A stretch of DNA of 64,000 nucleotides from Macrostomum lignano (taxonomy: Eukaryota). The position numbers were made by a program, and so were the translations under genes. Under the pieces are notes generated by a model. The model was given only the letters and a program-made list of their open reading frames with translations. It searched no databases and was not told the DNA's origin. The stretch spans positions 1-64,000 of the forward strand of contig NIVC01002034.1 of the NCBI GenBank assembly GCA_002269645.1, in the 5' to 3' direction. How positions within the stretch are numbered: position 1 is the first letter of the stretch; the number at the start of each line of letters is the position of its first letter. Positions 1-12,016 of this stretch are shown here, piece by piece.

Positions 1-321
1 TACAGAGATAGGGAAAAGTTGTGGCGCAATCACTAAAAATTCATGCATTTTTTCAGCTCCGAGCAGAAAGAGGAGACAAATAAGATTATCAAAGGTCAAG
101 ATTAGAGTTTTCTGCTTTTTTGAGGATCTTAGAAATTAAAATTTCAGAATTAAAATAGCCTATAGCCGACCTCGGATAATTTCCAATCTTCCCATATAAG
201 TTTCAACGCTGAGTTGGCACTATTCAAGGAGGAGTTGTCGAAATGACAGACAGACATACAGACAGACATACAGACAGACATACAGACAGACAAACAACGC
301 GTCAACTTTAGTATATATAGA
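1..321 (-). mobile_element. 5' end of a Helitron unit that continues off the window
   Basis: Minus strand starts TCTATATATACTAAAGTTGACGCGTTGTTTGTCTGTCTG (TC start plus (TGTC)n microsatellite). The sequence matches the corresponding end of the array units at 12725-13009 and 14896-15186. Confidence 0.75.
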
Positions 322-330
322 CGAGTGGAA

Positions 331-347
331 CTCCTCCTTCGGAGGAG
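331..347 (-). other. Helitron 3' subterminal hairpin
   Basis: CTCCTCC-TTC-GGAGGAG, a perfect 7-bp stem 9 nt from the unit junction. It recurs at every junction of the array. Confidence 0.8.
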
Positions 348-479
348 AAAGGGGAAGAACTCCCATCACCGGAATTCCATTCCCTGAATTATCCATCAAC
401 TGAAATTCCATGTCTTGAACCCCATCTTCCAAATCGTCTCCAAATTCTTTACAAACCTTTCAAAGACCATAGCTCAAAG

Positions 480-1010
480 ACTCTTACGTCTCTCATATCT
501 CCTCTCTCCTCTCTTCGCTATTATCGTGACTCTCTCTCTCTCCTCTCTCTCATCTCATCTCTACCCCTACTCACTTATTTATCTCTTCTCCCTCGCCTTT
601 CGTCTGTACCCTCTTTTGTCTCTTGTCTTGCTTCTTCTCTCTTATCTCTCCCTCTTCTCTTCTCTCTCATATGTCATCTCTACTCACTTATCTATCGTCT
701 CTCTTAACCCTCTCTCTCTCTTCTCTTTTCTCTCCTCTCTGCTCTCATTTCTCAAATTTTATATACGCTCTCACACTCTCACACACACTCTCTCTCACGC
801 TCTTATCCCTCATCTATTCTCTCTCCTATCATCTCTCCTGTCTCCCTCTGCTATCTCATATCTCCCCTCTCATCTCCTCTCTCCTCTTCTCTTCTCTCTC
901 CCTCTTCATTCTCGCCTTACTCTCCTATTTTCTCCCATATGTCATCTCTAATCTCTCCTCTCTCATATCTACTCTTTTCTATAATCTCTTTTCTCTTTTC
1001 TCTGACTGAC
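480..1010. repeat. Polypyrimidine (CT-rich) low-complexity block
   Basis: The plus strand is almost entirely C/T. Homologous blocks lie at ~13160-13885, ~15340-16070 and ~17545-18575. Confidence 0.9.
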
Positions 1011-1613
1011 TGAAGGTACCAAATCCATCGAAATCCTCCGTCAAATAGAAATCCATCAAAATTCTCTCCGAGAAACAGAAATGTATCAAAATTTTCTTTG
1101 GGAAACTGAAAGCCATCAAAATCGTCTCTGTGAAACAGAACTTTATCAAATAATACATTATATCTACATGACAAAAATATTAAGTTTTTAGTTATATTTA
1201 TTACATAAATTACATTGTCACAAAACACAATCCACAGCAACCGTTGAAGTCGATAAGCATTAGAAAGCTATGGTAGAGCATCGCAATACATGTTAAGATT
1301 GACATCGGAAATAATAGGGGAAGGCGGAAATGCTACACCAAAAGCGAAGGGCAACGCATTCACTGACGAATGACCAAAAAAGTGACTGACAGGCATGACC
1401 GAGAAAGATTACAAAAAGAGAAAGTGCGACTTCCTGGGAACCCTACTACAGAAGCAGGAGCTATAATTTTATCTTCTAATAAATCGTTTGCATCGTAGAA
1501 ACTAATAATTCTGAATTAATTTTACCATGTTTGATTAAACTAACTAAACTAAATAGCTATTAAATAGTATGGTTACATGTGGTCGCAAAAAAGAAAGAAA
1601 ACAGAAAGTCAGT

Positions 1614-2045
1614 TCAGTTCGCCGCAGCCGGGTCCTCCTTGGGCGCCGCCGCAGACTCCTCAGCCAGGGTATCGCTCTTGTCGGGCTCGTCCTGGCTGTG
1701 GGGTCGCTTGGCTGGTGGTTCCAAATTGAGCTCGACGGTTGCGAACAGAACTTGCTCCTGCTCTTGCACCAGGGCTTCCAGTCGCTCGCACTCTCTCTTC
1801 TTGCGCTCCAGCTCAGCCTCGGTGTCTGTCAGTCGCTTCTTGTAGTCGTCCAGTTGCTGCCTTTGCTCAGCCACGACTTCGGCGAGTGATGCCTTGCTCT
1901 TCGATTCGTGTTGTAGTGTCTCGTGGTCCTCCTGAATTATTTCCGATGTCAATCTTAAGAATGTATTGAAGTGCTGCTCCATGGCTTTCTTCTGCTTGTC
2001 GAATTTCTCCAGGTTGCTGCCGGATTGTGTTGTGTGATGAGCCAT
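1614..2045 (-). CDS. Hypothetical coiled-coil protein, 143 aa (possible Helitron cargo gene)
   Basis: GC-rich, stop-free ORF inside AT-rich flanks. It has a heptad-like E/K/Q/L segment (LAEVVAEQRQQLDDYKKRLTDTEAELERKKRECERLEALVQEQEQ) and an acidic tail. No family recognised. Confidence 0.5.
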   Translation of the reverse strand: MAHHTTQSGSNLEKFDKQKKAMEQHFNTFLRLTSEIIQEDHETLQHESKSKASLAEVVAEQRQQLDDYKKRLTDTEAELERKKRECERLEALVQEQEQVLFATVELNLEPPAKRPHSQDEPDKSDTLAEESAAAPKEDPAAAN

Positions 2046-2498
2046 AAGTTAATTAAGTTAGGTAAGTGAATAGAGTAAATTAAGAAAAAAATTTGGACGT
2101 TATTTGGGAACAGATATTTTTTCAGATGAATGGCTGCTGTCACATTTATCGGGCTAGATTTGCACAGAACTGGTTTAGAACTGGTTGGGGTAGCCAGCTA
2201 AAGGTTTTAGCACCTTGAAAAAAATTGACAAAAAGGCCTGTGTCGAGATCAGGTAGAAAGGTCTGTAGGATTTTTTCATTTACTCGTAGACATTGCAGTC
2301 ATTGTGTAGGGTAGGCCTGCAGCTGTACACTGTGAGCGCATAGAGAAAATCCAAGAGTTTGGGGTTGATTGTTAGAGGGTTAAGCTTATTTACGCTATTG
2401 AGTCAATACACTGTTGTCGTGGTGGGGGCCGATAGTTATTGAGGTGTAAAGGTGCAGAGTGTCATTTTAAAGTTGATAGTTTAAAGTTTAAAGTTTGT

Positions 2499-2755
2499 TC
2501 TGTAGCCTACTGGGCATTCACTGTGTACACTGAACCCTATCACTTCACCGCTCGCCACCCCCGCCACCCCGGCCCCAACACGGGTTATTTGAATTGAATA
2601 GTTGTCAGAAAATTTAAAGAATGATTTTTTCTTGAATGCTGTGCTTTTTGTTTTCATGTTTAAAGCAAGAAACTTATATCCCCGAACTCAGCGTTGCAAG
2701 CTCTTTTCAGCAATATATAAGTCTCTTCTCTCAAAGTTTAAAACTCGAGGAACAG
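2499..2755 (+). repeat. ~250-bp direct repeat, copy 1 (left of RepHel)
   Basis: TCTGTAGCCTACTGGGCATTCACTGTGTACACTGAACCC...AAACTCGAGGAACAG is repeated at 11769-12016. Confidence 0.85.
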
Positions 2756-3133
2756 GTTGCGTTTGAAATTGCGTCTGTACTCTCTCCTGTATCTTTTCCC
2801 CCCTCTTTTCTCATATCTTCTCTCTCCTCTCTCCTCTACTCTCTCATCTCTCATCCCTCATCTCACTCTTCTTTCTCCTCTACTCTCCCCTATTATCTAT
2901 TTCCTTCCTATTAACTTTAACTTTAATAAATTATCTCTTGTAGACATTCTGATCAATGCTTGGCAGTTAGTTGTTTTGATAACGGAGTCTAATTTTCTTT
3001 GCATTAACTGGTTTTTCGTACTCCATATCGCTTTCCCTACTGAGGAGCTTTGCAATATCCCCTCAAATCCCTGCACTCCTGTCACTCCCTCACCATTTGA
3101 AATATCCCATCAGAACTCTGCACCCCTGTGACC

Positions 3134-3294
3134 CAGGGGCGTAGGGAGGGGGGAGTTAGGGGGGATGTATCCCCCCGAAGAGCCTGACCAAAACTTTTTT
3201 GTTGCCCTTTGTTGCTATACAATTATCACGCGACTGTGCATAGCACTTTTACCTTGGTGTATCCCTCCGTAGGAAATTCCTGGCTACGCCCCTG
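3134..3294. mobile_element. 161-bp MITE-like element, superfamily unassigned
   Basis: 11-bp TIR CAGGGGCGTAG...CTACGCCCCTG. No convincing TSD. Confidence 0.55.
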
Positions 3295-5268
3295 CCCCTG
3301 TCACGATCCCTCACCATTTGAATATCTCCAAGGAAGAAATTCTCATTCGCTAAGTAATTTCGTGTAAATGATTTAGGCAAGTCGGAGACGAAAGTTAATA
3401 ATTGAAATTTATTAGAAAAGGCCTCAACACGTGTAAGTTTGAAGATTTCCTGCCCTTCTGTGCCTCATTTCACGAAGCCACATGTGTTCAGTTATGACTT
3501 AAAAAGGCGTTTTGACATTGTGTAGAAGCAGGTATTAAAGTTTAGCAATTGATTTGAGATTTAGTAATATATAGTGATGATATAAGCTGTAACAATCATA
3601 CATTGAAGGAAATTTGTGAAGAGGCCTTTTTCATATAATTACTATTTGTATTTACATTGAAAAATTTAGAATTGTACATTATTTTACTTTAGTGACGCAG
3701 AAAAGTTAAAAAGCATAATAAAAATAGCAGTAGAAGTATCGAGCTGGGATTTTTATATAGGAAGTGAAAAATATAAAGTGCTTAATTGTAGCAACTAAAT
3801 TTTAATAACAATTTTCCATCGCTTAGTTCTACTGATAGAAAATTTTGGCAAATAGCTATTTACAACCTGGGGAATGTATTTGCGCATGATAATGGAGGGC
3901 ATCCTGAAAAAAAAATTTGTAGAAAAGGATAAAGTGAATTTGATAAATTAATCGACAATTCTATGTGGCTGATAGAATCCCCATATGGAACAGTTAATTG
4001 ACAGTCTTGAATAGCTAGCAGCGAATTTTTCTAGCTTAGCGGGAATTTTCACAAAGGAGCCAAAATTGCCGAGTTTCGACACGGCGTATGTAATTTTTGA
4101 TGCCCTGAATTATCAAAGGGAATATTTGAATGGGTGAAATACAAATGTATGAGTAATATACAATAAATGAAGATGACATGCAGAATTCATGAGGCACCCG
4201 ATCAGGGCAAGCACGATAAAACACTTGATCAGATTGAAGCAATGGCACGGAGCTGCAGCTGGGCGCAAATTGGTCACAGCTTGGGCTTCAGCGACTCCGA
4301 AGGCTGTCCAGGGGACTCTGGCCGGTGGCGTCCTCAGCTACCGGCGTGTCGACCCTCAGATCCCTGAGCAGCAACGGGCCATTGGGACAGCAGCAACGGG
4401 CGGGCTGATGGCACATTCAGCTCGGGTCGATGTTGAGAGGCCAGTCGTTGAAGTCAAGTTTGAGCAGCTCCGGCGGGAAGGAAAATGAGGGGAGACTTTA
4501 AAGCATGAATCAAGTGTTCTAGGGCTATAAAAATCTTTAATGTTTTAATATTAAAAAGCAATAAAAAAGTGGGGCTTGATCGGGTGCAAATAAATTAATA
4601 GAAAGTGCGAAATATCAGTCTAGCCTGCAGCAGGGCGTTTCAGATGTTAATCTTAATTTCAAAATTTCATTATTTACTCGTATACTGCACGTGAAGCATT
4701 ATTTGCTGTTAAATTTTTAGTTTGAACTTGCAAATTATAGCTTAAATAGAAATTAAGTTATAGATATTTTACTTTTGGCTGAGCTGCAGCCCAGACTTAT
4801 TATTTACAATGATAAATCCGGCAAAAGAAGGACACGAACCCGGTCACCTCGGCGCGCTGCTTTGCCTGCGAGGGAGCTGTCGCAGGTCAGTGTTGCGCGC
4901 CGCGGGATGAAGGCCGACCGCCTTTGAAACTGGGCCGCAGCGACCACGGCGACCAGTTCATTGTCCCGCAGATCTCGATGAAGTAACCGGGCTCTATGTC
5001 AGCGGCGAGGTCAGAAGTTGCGTGCTAGGGTGAGAAAATAAAAATTTAGCAGTCAAATTGAGTATGAAAATTAGAGTCAATTTCCCTTATAGACTCCCTA
5101 AGCATCTATGTCGGCTACCTTCAGACTTAAATTTTTACTTCTAATTTCTATATTGCCGGTATTGCCAAATTTATATTTCGGGTCACCCAAAAAAGTACAG
5201 GCTGAAATACACTAAATTCAGCTGACGACACTAAAATATGTATTTAGGGATTGAACAATTGAACTTAC

Positions 5269-8200
5269 CAATGAGCTGCCGCAGTACGATGTTCTGCGTC
5301 CGACCGCCTGGGCGCGCACCTTGACGCCCGATGCACTCCGCGCACGACTCAGAGCCACGTAGAGCTGGCCGTGCTGAAAGCAGCCCGTCGTCAGGTCGAC
5401 GGCGTAGGTGCTCAGCGATTGGCCCTGGCTCTTGTGGATGGTCATGGCGAAGCATGGCCGGATTGGAAACTGCAGGCGGCGGAACGTGAAGGGCAGCTCA
5501 GCAGGACTCGGCTCCTGTGGGATTCGCGGGATGAACACCTGTCGCCCACGGTAGATGCCAGTGGCGACCTCCGCGAGCAGCACGTTGTCCCGCAGCTCAC
5601 GCAGCAGCAGCCGGGTTCCGTTGCACAGCAGCGGTGGGTCGAGGTTCCGCATCATCATGACCGGCATGCCGACCTTGAGCTCCAGCCGGTGATGCGGCAG
5701 GCCGTTGGGATCAAGTCGGTTCAGCAGCTCCGGTGGAAAATTGGTAGCTGCCACATCGTCGTTCGGAATTGAATCGACTGATAGATAGGCCCGACTGTCT
5801 CCAGGAAAGAGCGCCAGGCAGGCGGCGTTGGTCTCGTCTACCGTCCTGTTGAGCGGCGACAGAATGCTCCGCTCCGCGAACATCTGGTCACGGTGCGGGC
5901 TTGGCTCGAACGACGGGTAGACGCGCCGGATGAGCTGCTCAGTGGTTGTGTCATCAGGCATGAGAATCTCGCTAGGTAGGGAAACCATGCCCTCTTCGTC
6001 CTCTGGTAGCTCTCCGTTGCCAACCTAATGGAATTGAGGAATAAAAGAGACATTTCACGTCATAGAGTTATTTATTTAGTCTCTGTAAGCATGCAGAAAT
6101 CGATTTAGAAGAATATTGCACATATTTTGAAATTTGTTTTGGAACGTAGCTTATGAATGAAAAGCATTAATTTGAAAGTTCGTGCAAAATAGTGAAGGAA
6201 TTATTTTCTCACCTGCATAAGAAAATCTGCGTAGCTTTTGGCATCAGAGTCGCTCTCGAGCCGCAGATTTCTGGTCAAGTGGTGCTGCTGGAAATGCGGC
6301 CACAAAGCCGACTGAGTCAGGCAGGCGTCGATCGTGTTCGCCTGCGTTCCTCCGGGCACTACAGCCAGCAGCTGGCGGAAGTCGCCGGCTAGCACCAGCA
6401 GCGCTCCTCCGAACGGCTGCTCGACCCGCAGCAGATCTCGCAGAGACCGGTCCACGATCTCCAGGTCCTTGCGGTGCGTCATCGGTGCTTCATCCCACAC
6501 GATGATTCGCGCATTCCGCAGAATCTCTGCGAGCTTGCTCCGCCTGCCGATGGAGCAGAAGGCACTGTCTTGCCGAACTGCGCAGACGGGTATCTTGAAC
6601 CTGGGCGGAGAGGATGAAGATTCGGGTTGAACAGCAAAGCTCGATATGAATTGATTAGGAAACGGAAGCCGCTAAAATATGCAAGCAAAAGTCACAAAAA
6701 GTGCCAGCAAAGCAGAAATAAAATCAAAAAGGGCGGCTCACGTTGAATGTGCGGTCCTTCCACCGGGAAGAATGGTCGCCGCAATTCCAGACGATGCCAC
6801 CGCTACAGCAATTTGACGCTTCGCTCGAGCAGAATTAAGCAGAAGCGTCAGCAAGAATGTCTTGCCCGTGCCGCCGGGAGCATCGATAAAGTACAGACCG
6901 CCACCGCCGGCCTGCATGCTGGACTGAATGGCGTCGAAAATGGCCCGCTGCTCGCCAGTCAGGGTGCCGATTTGCGCCATGACTTTTGCCTGGAGCTCAA
7001 CTGCTTCTTCGTTTGTCGGCAGGCAGTCAGTAAGTCGGTGGGTCTGGGAAAGAGAAAAGAAATTGCTTATAGAAGATTTTGTTTATCAGTTCTGCATTAA
7101 AGCTGCACTCTATAGCCTTCCTCAATAGTAAAATTTTCATATTACGTGATTATTTTTTCCGCATAAAGAGTACTCGTAAGAAATGAAATTACAGAAATAA
7201 TGCTTTCATAAGAATAAGTGCACTTACCTGATCCGGCTCTACCCGTGGCTTAGGCAGGCCGTAGGCAGGCAGCTCGGATCCTCCCATGGTCTCCAGAAAG
7301 TTCTCCAGTTGCCGCAGCACTTCCGACTCGGCAGCTTCGGTGCTGTAGCCCTGGTGCAGCAGGTCGCCAGCCATGTCACTGGAGAACTCGCGCCACAGCT
7401 TCGGTGGATCGCTGGGGTCACCATGGGTGAGAATTGCCGCGAAAAGCCGGCGCAGAGCTGCTGGCAGCCGCGTCTCCACAGCCTCGCGCATGCACAGCTG
7501 CCAGTGCTTGTCGTCTTCCAACAGCCCTCTCGCCTGGCAAGCGGCCTTGAAGGTGGGCAGCAGGACGCCGTCAACAGTGCGCAGCGCCTCGAATGACGTC
7601 GGGCCGCGCACGTTCACCAAGAGCAAGCGCAAGTAGAAGCAGTCGCCCATTCGAGGACTGACTGTGTAGATGCGGCCGATATTGCCGGTCGTCACAACGC
7701 CAGCTGGCTGACCGGCAGTCTCTCGGCCGCGACCTGCGCGATGCCAGGTGTGCGCCCTGTTGTCCCAGGTGAAGTGCCGGGGCACCTCTTGGTAGAGAAG
7801 GCCGCGCGCGACTTCATCTTGGCGACAGAGCTGGAAAGGTGTATGAATGTGTTATGATAAGAAATATTATAATAAAAAAGCGGAGTAATGTTGACTGCTT
7901 TAATTAACTTGAAGCATTCTAGTATAAGCATTGCCTATAGTACACAGAGATATATGCAGAAGCAATAGTTGGCTGAAAGACTTACATCAAAGAAGGCGGT
8001 CAGAGTCGTGTCTTTAGGCCGAGCAGCAACAGCCTGGGCCGTCTCGCGAGTGAAGAAGACCCGCTGCTCGTCCTTCAGATGAACGGCGAGTCTGATCACA
8101 GGGGGGTATCGGCTGTGCACTTCAAAGCCCAGGATCGTATTGACCGCTTCCATTGGACCGATGTACCTGCCCAGAAGGTAGTCCTTGATCTCGTCAACCA

Positions 8201-11200
8201 TCTTGCCGTGCGCCGACTGACCGACAGTAGGGGCAGTAGTGCTGGCTGACGCAGATGCAGCCTCTTGTCGGACTTGATAGGCAGCCATGTCGCTACCCTT
8301 GGTGATGTACTTGACGACATACTTGATCGCCTTGACTGTCGCGCAGATCTCGACATTAAGGTGACAGCGAAACTCGCGCAGCAGCGCTGGGCAGTACGGA
8401 ACCACCCAGCGGTTGTCGAAGGTGAAATTCGCCTTCTGACCGCCGCGCAGCTTGGCCATCTTTGTCACCGAAAAGCCGCCCATCTCGACAGATCTGCGGC
8501 AGTAGTGCGGGTAGCCGTCTTCTTCAACCCTAGTGGCTGCTAGGAATGCTCTCGGGTAGCGTTTGCTGCAGACCCCGTTCTCCATGCACGGCGCTCCCGG
8601 GTTGAGCTGCTGGCCACACGGACCATGCAGCAGATTCTCGGCGACCAGCTTGTGCAAGTCCGCGTCGGCAACTGGGTCCGGGATCTCGGCGCTGATGATT
8701 GAGTCGTACTGGTCCGGCTTCAGCTTGTCGGCCAGCCACAGCAGAGCGTGCACGTGGGGAAGACCTGGATGTGGATAAAATTTAATTTTATTACAATTAA
8801 CGAAATTTTGGAGGCGACAGATAATGCTACAGTTTAAAGCTTAAATGTACACTTGCCTCGCTTCTGGTACTCCAGCGAGCAGACTCGAGCCAGAGTATCT
8901 CCGAACAGACTCTTCAGCCTGTTTAGGAAGGCCTTCTTCTTCAGCTCGAACACCCGGGCGGTGATGTCCGGCCGATCGACGGCAGTCTGGCCCGGAAGTA
9001 GCTCAGCCAGAATCTCGGGCCACTTTGGGTTACACGTCATCGTCAGAAACAGGTCTGGGCGGCCGTAGGCGTGAACGTATGCCATGGCATCCTGCTGACG
9101 CTCAAGACGGTAACGTGGCCCTCCGACGTAGCTGGAGGTCAGGATGATATGCTTCCCGACTTCTTCCGGGTTGCCGTCGTCCTCGTGCAGCGCGTCTCGG
9201 AGACCGCGAAGACTCTCGGACTGCAGGTCTTTCTGGTGCTGCCGAATGTACGTAAGTCGCTCGGACTCGATCTTGGCAGCCTGGTCCACCAGGTACTGCT
9301 GGAAGAGCCGGCGACCGTACAGCAGGCTGTTGAACTGGCCTGGCCGCACCTGAATCATGAAGGCGTAGAACTTCATGTTGGTGATGCCGCGATCCTGCTT
9401 GAGCCCAATGTGCCAGCCGTCCTCACCGAAGGGGAATAGGAGCACATACTCCAACGGATCATAGGAGCGGTGGGTCTCGCAGATATCTTGCAGGCCTGCG
9501 AATGAGTAAAAATAGAATTAGGAAGTAATAGAGGAGATAATCAAGAATCTGGAAATATTAGCTCTAGGGGAGAATAAAATTTTACGGCTCCTATAAATTA
9601 ATTGCAGCTACTTCATATAAGCCATAATTGCAGTAAATTAATAATGTGCCTGTCGATGCCATAGAACTCACCACCATCTCTCAGACGCAAGATCACATCC
9701 CGTCGCTGCGCCTGAATTACGCCTTCATCATCGCCAAGGTCCGTTAGGATGCCAACTTCACTGCACTCGGGCAAGTTGAAGCGCCGGACATGCTCCCCAG
9801 ATGGGCGGGCATCTGAGTTAATCACGACCTTGGCGTTCTGCAGCTGCGGATCGCTGCGCAGCAAGTCGACTGCGGACTTGAAGCTGCGCACGTAGCTGTT
9901 GCAGTCGTGCAGAGTTGCCTGCAGTTCCGCCAGCAGACGGCTGTTCAGCCCGGTGGCCCACTGTAGTCGAGTTTGCAGCTCCTCGTCTACAAAGAAGACC
10001 TGGCAGAACCGAGCCGGGTCCTCCGGGTTCGGCAACAGGCTGCCGATCCGATGGTGCATCTGACCATGGAGGATGAAGCTCGGGTTCCAGCCGGGCTGCT
10101 CTCGCTGTGCGGCACCGAGAGATGTCATGTGGAGGGCGCCGTTGTACTTCCGAATGTCCTTGAGGAACTGCGAGCTGTCCGGATGCTCGCCAGTCAGCAG
10201 TCGCTTCAGGAAATCGGGCGGATCACGGCGCGGCTCCAGGTGGGTCTGCCGGTTGGGTTTAGAAAACTCCTCATCTTAAACAGGTTATTAAAATTACAAC
10301 ATGGCAATCAGTAAAAAAACTAAAAAATGTAGCATTTGCATGCTCTTGCTAGGGTACTCATTAAGTTTCTAAAGCTTCATGCCATTGATAAAGTATTCAA
10401 TAAAATGATCAATAAAACTAATTAAAAAAACTGGACTCACCTTGCCAGAGTGACAGCAGATGCTGGCTGGCTCGTCATTCCAGCGTAGCGCGCCGCAGTG
10501 GGGACATTGACGGTCCATGCGGCCGAGGACATGTGGCTGGTGTGCCAATTCCAGCAGTCTGAGAAGCAAAAAACGGGAAATGTAATTATGAGGATCATTT
10601 AAGTAAAGATGCTGAATGTGGATATAAAGTCCTATTACGCTAGGAGCCTTCTACGTAAAGGTTGTAATGTATGGGCTACAAAAATATACATTATAAAGGT
10701 TATAATCTATCTTCTTATATACTAATTTTCACGTGTTGTTTGTCCGATAAGAAGTAATAGTAAACTAATTTTAATATTAATAATAAGAACTTATAAAAAA
10801 GAACTAATAATACTTATCATAGAATATTATACACAGTAAAAGCATTGATGTACATTGTAAAATAAAGATGAGTGAAACGCCTACCTGTCTCGGCGCCGGT
10901 CTGCTTGCGCATGCAGACGCAGGTCGTGCTCATCAGCGGCCTCAGCCGTGCGACGCTGACTCTGTCGCTGCCGCTGCACGTCAAGGCGATGCATGTGGAC
11001 CGTCTGCGATTCACTCGCGCGGCATTCCGCTGTGTGCTGCCGGTCTAGCTCGCGGCGATGCTGGCGCTCGGCTTCGCCCTCAGCTGCGCGGTCTTCAGCT
11101 GTTCGCAGCCGGTCCTGCTCGAGGCGATGCTGGCGGTCGGCCTCGTCCTCAGCTGCGCGGTCTTCAGCTGTGCGCAGCCGGTTCTGCTTGAGGCGATGCT

Positions 11201-11363
11201 GGCGCTCGGCCTCGCCCTCAACTGCGCGTCTTTCCGCCTGGCAAAGCCTATTCTGCTCCAGGCGTGCTGCATGCTCCTCTGGTGTCTCGGAGTCCCTCCG
11301 CTTCTTGGCACCAGATGCAGCGCGTGTAGAGCGGGACAAATTGCCTCGACCGCGTTTAGGCAT
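5269..11363 (-). CDS. Helitron Rep/helicase (RepHel), ~1550 aa, at least 9 exons
   Basis: Phase-consistent exons: 11363-10885, 10558-10441, ~10245-9672, 9495-8857, 8764-7986, 7830-7228, 7043-6742, 6600-6213, 6024-5269. Motifs: CPHCGA..CCHSGK; IRKYNGALHMTS; HUH Rep motifs FLTMTCNPKWPEI, EYQKRG/LPHVH and KYVVKYITKG; Pif1 helicase motifs DAPGGTGKT, IIVWDEAPM, GDFRQL, FAMTIHKSQGQS and GQLYVALSR. One apparent 1-bp frameshift near 5315 puts the canonical TQNIV tail out of frame. Confidence 0.93.
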
Positions 11364-11768
11364 TACAAAAAAAGGAATATATTTGAAGAAAATATTTTAA
11401 AAAATATTGAGAGGCGATTGAAACAATCCGGCCAAGTGTGGATCGGTGGTATCGAAACAAAACGTGACTTTATATAAAGCAATTAGCTGTCCCGTGCCTG
11501 CAGCTTTGCGTCACTAAATCTCCACTTCTCTACACCAAGTGTACAAACATCGCTTTGATGAGTAAAACTGCTGCCTAACCAACCAATCAGCGGACAGTTC
11601 TCTGTGGACTAAATTTTATCTTATCTTCAATGTACATACAGACAATCGATTTAATTTAATAATTTAGAATTCACCAATTACAATGCACGAAAAGGTGTGA
11701 ATTCTTCATTGGGCCGGGGGTTGGGGTTAGGGTAACCATAATTTCATCGTTCTTTCATTTCATTGCTA

Positions 11769-12016
11769 TCTGTAGCCTACTGGGCATTCACTGTGTACAC
11801 TGAACCCTATCACTTCACCGCGGCCCGCCACCCCTGGCCCCAACACGGGTTATTTGAATTGAATAGTGTCAGAAAATTTAAAGAAAGATTTTTCTTGAAT
11901 GCTGTGCTTTTTGTTTTCATGATTAAAGCAAGAAACTTATACCCCCGAACTCAGCGTTGCAAGCTCTTTCCAGCAATATAAGTCTCTTCTCTTAAAGTTT
12001 AAAACTCGTGGAACAG
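11769..12016 (+). repeat. ~250-bp direct repeat, copy 2 (right of RepHel)
   Basis: Matches 2499-2755. Confidence 0.85.

Noticed and set aside
3134-3294. Superfamily assignment for the 161-bp MITE
   Set aside because: No reliable TSD can be read.
5371-10314. Plus-strand ORFs overlapping RepHel exons
   Set aside because: They are antisense shadows of GC-rich coding exons.
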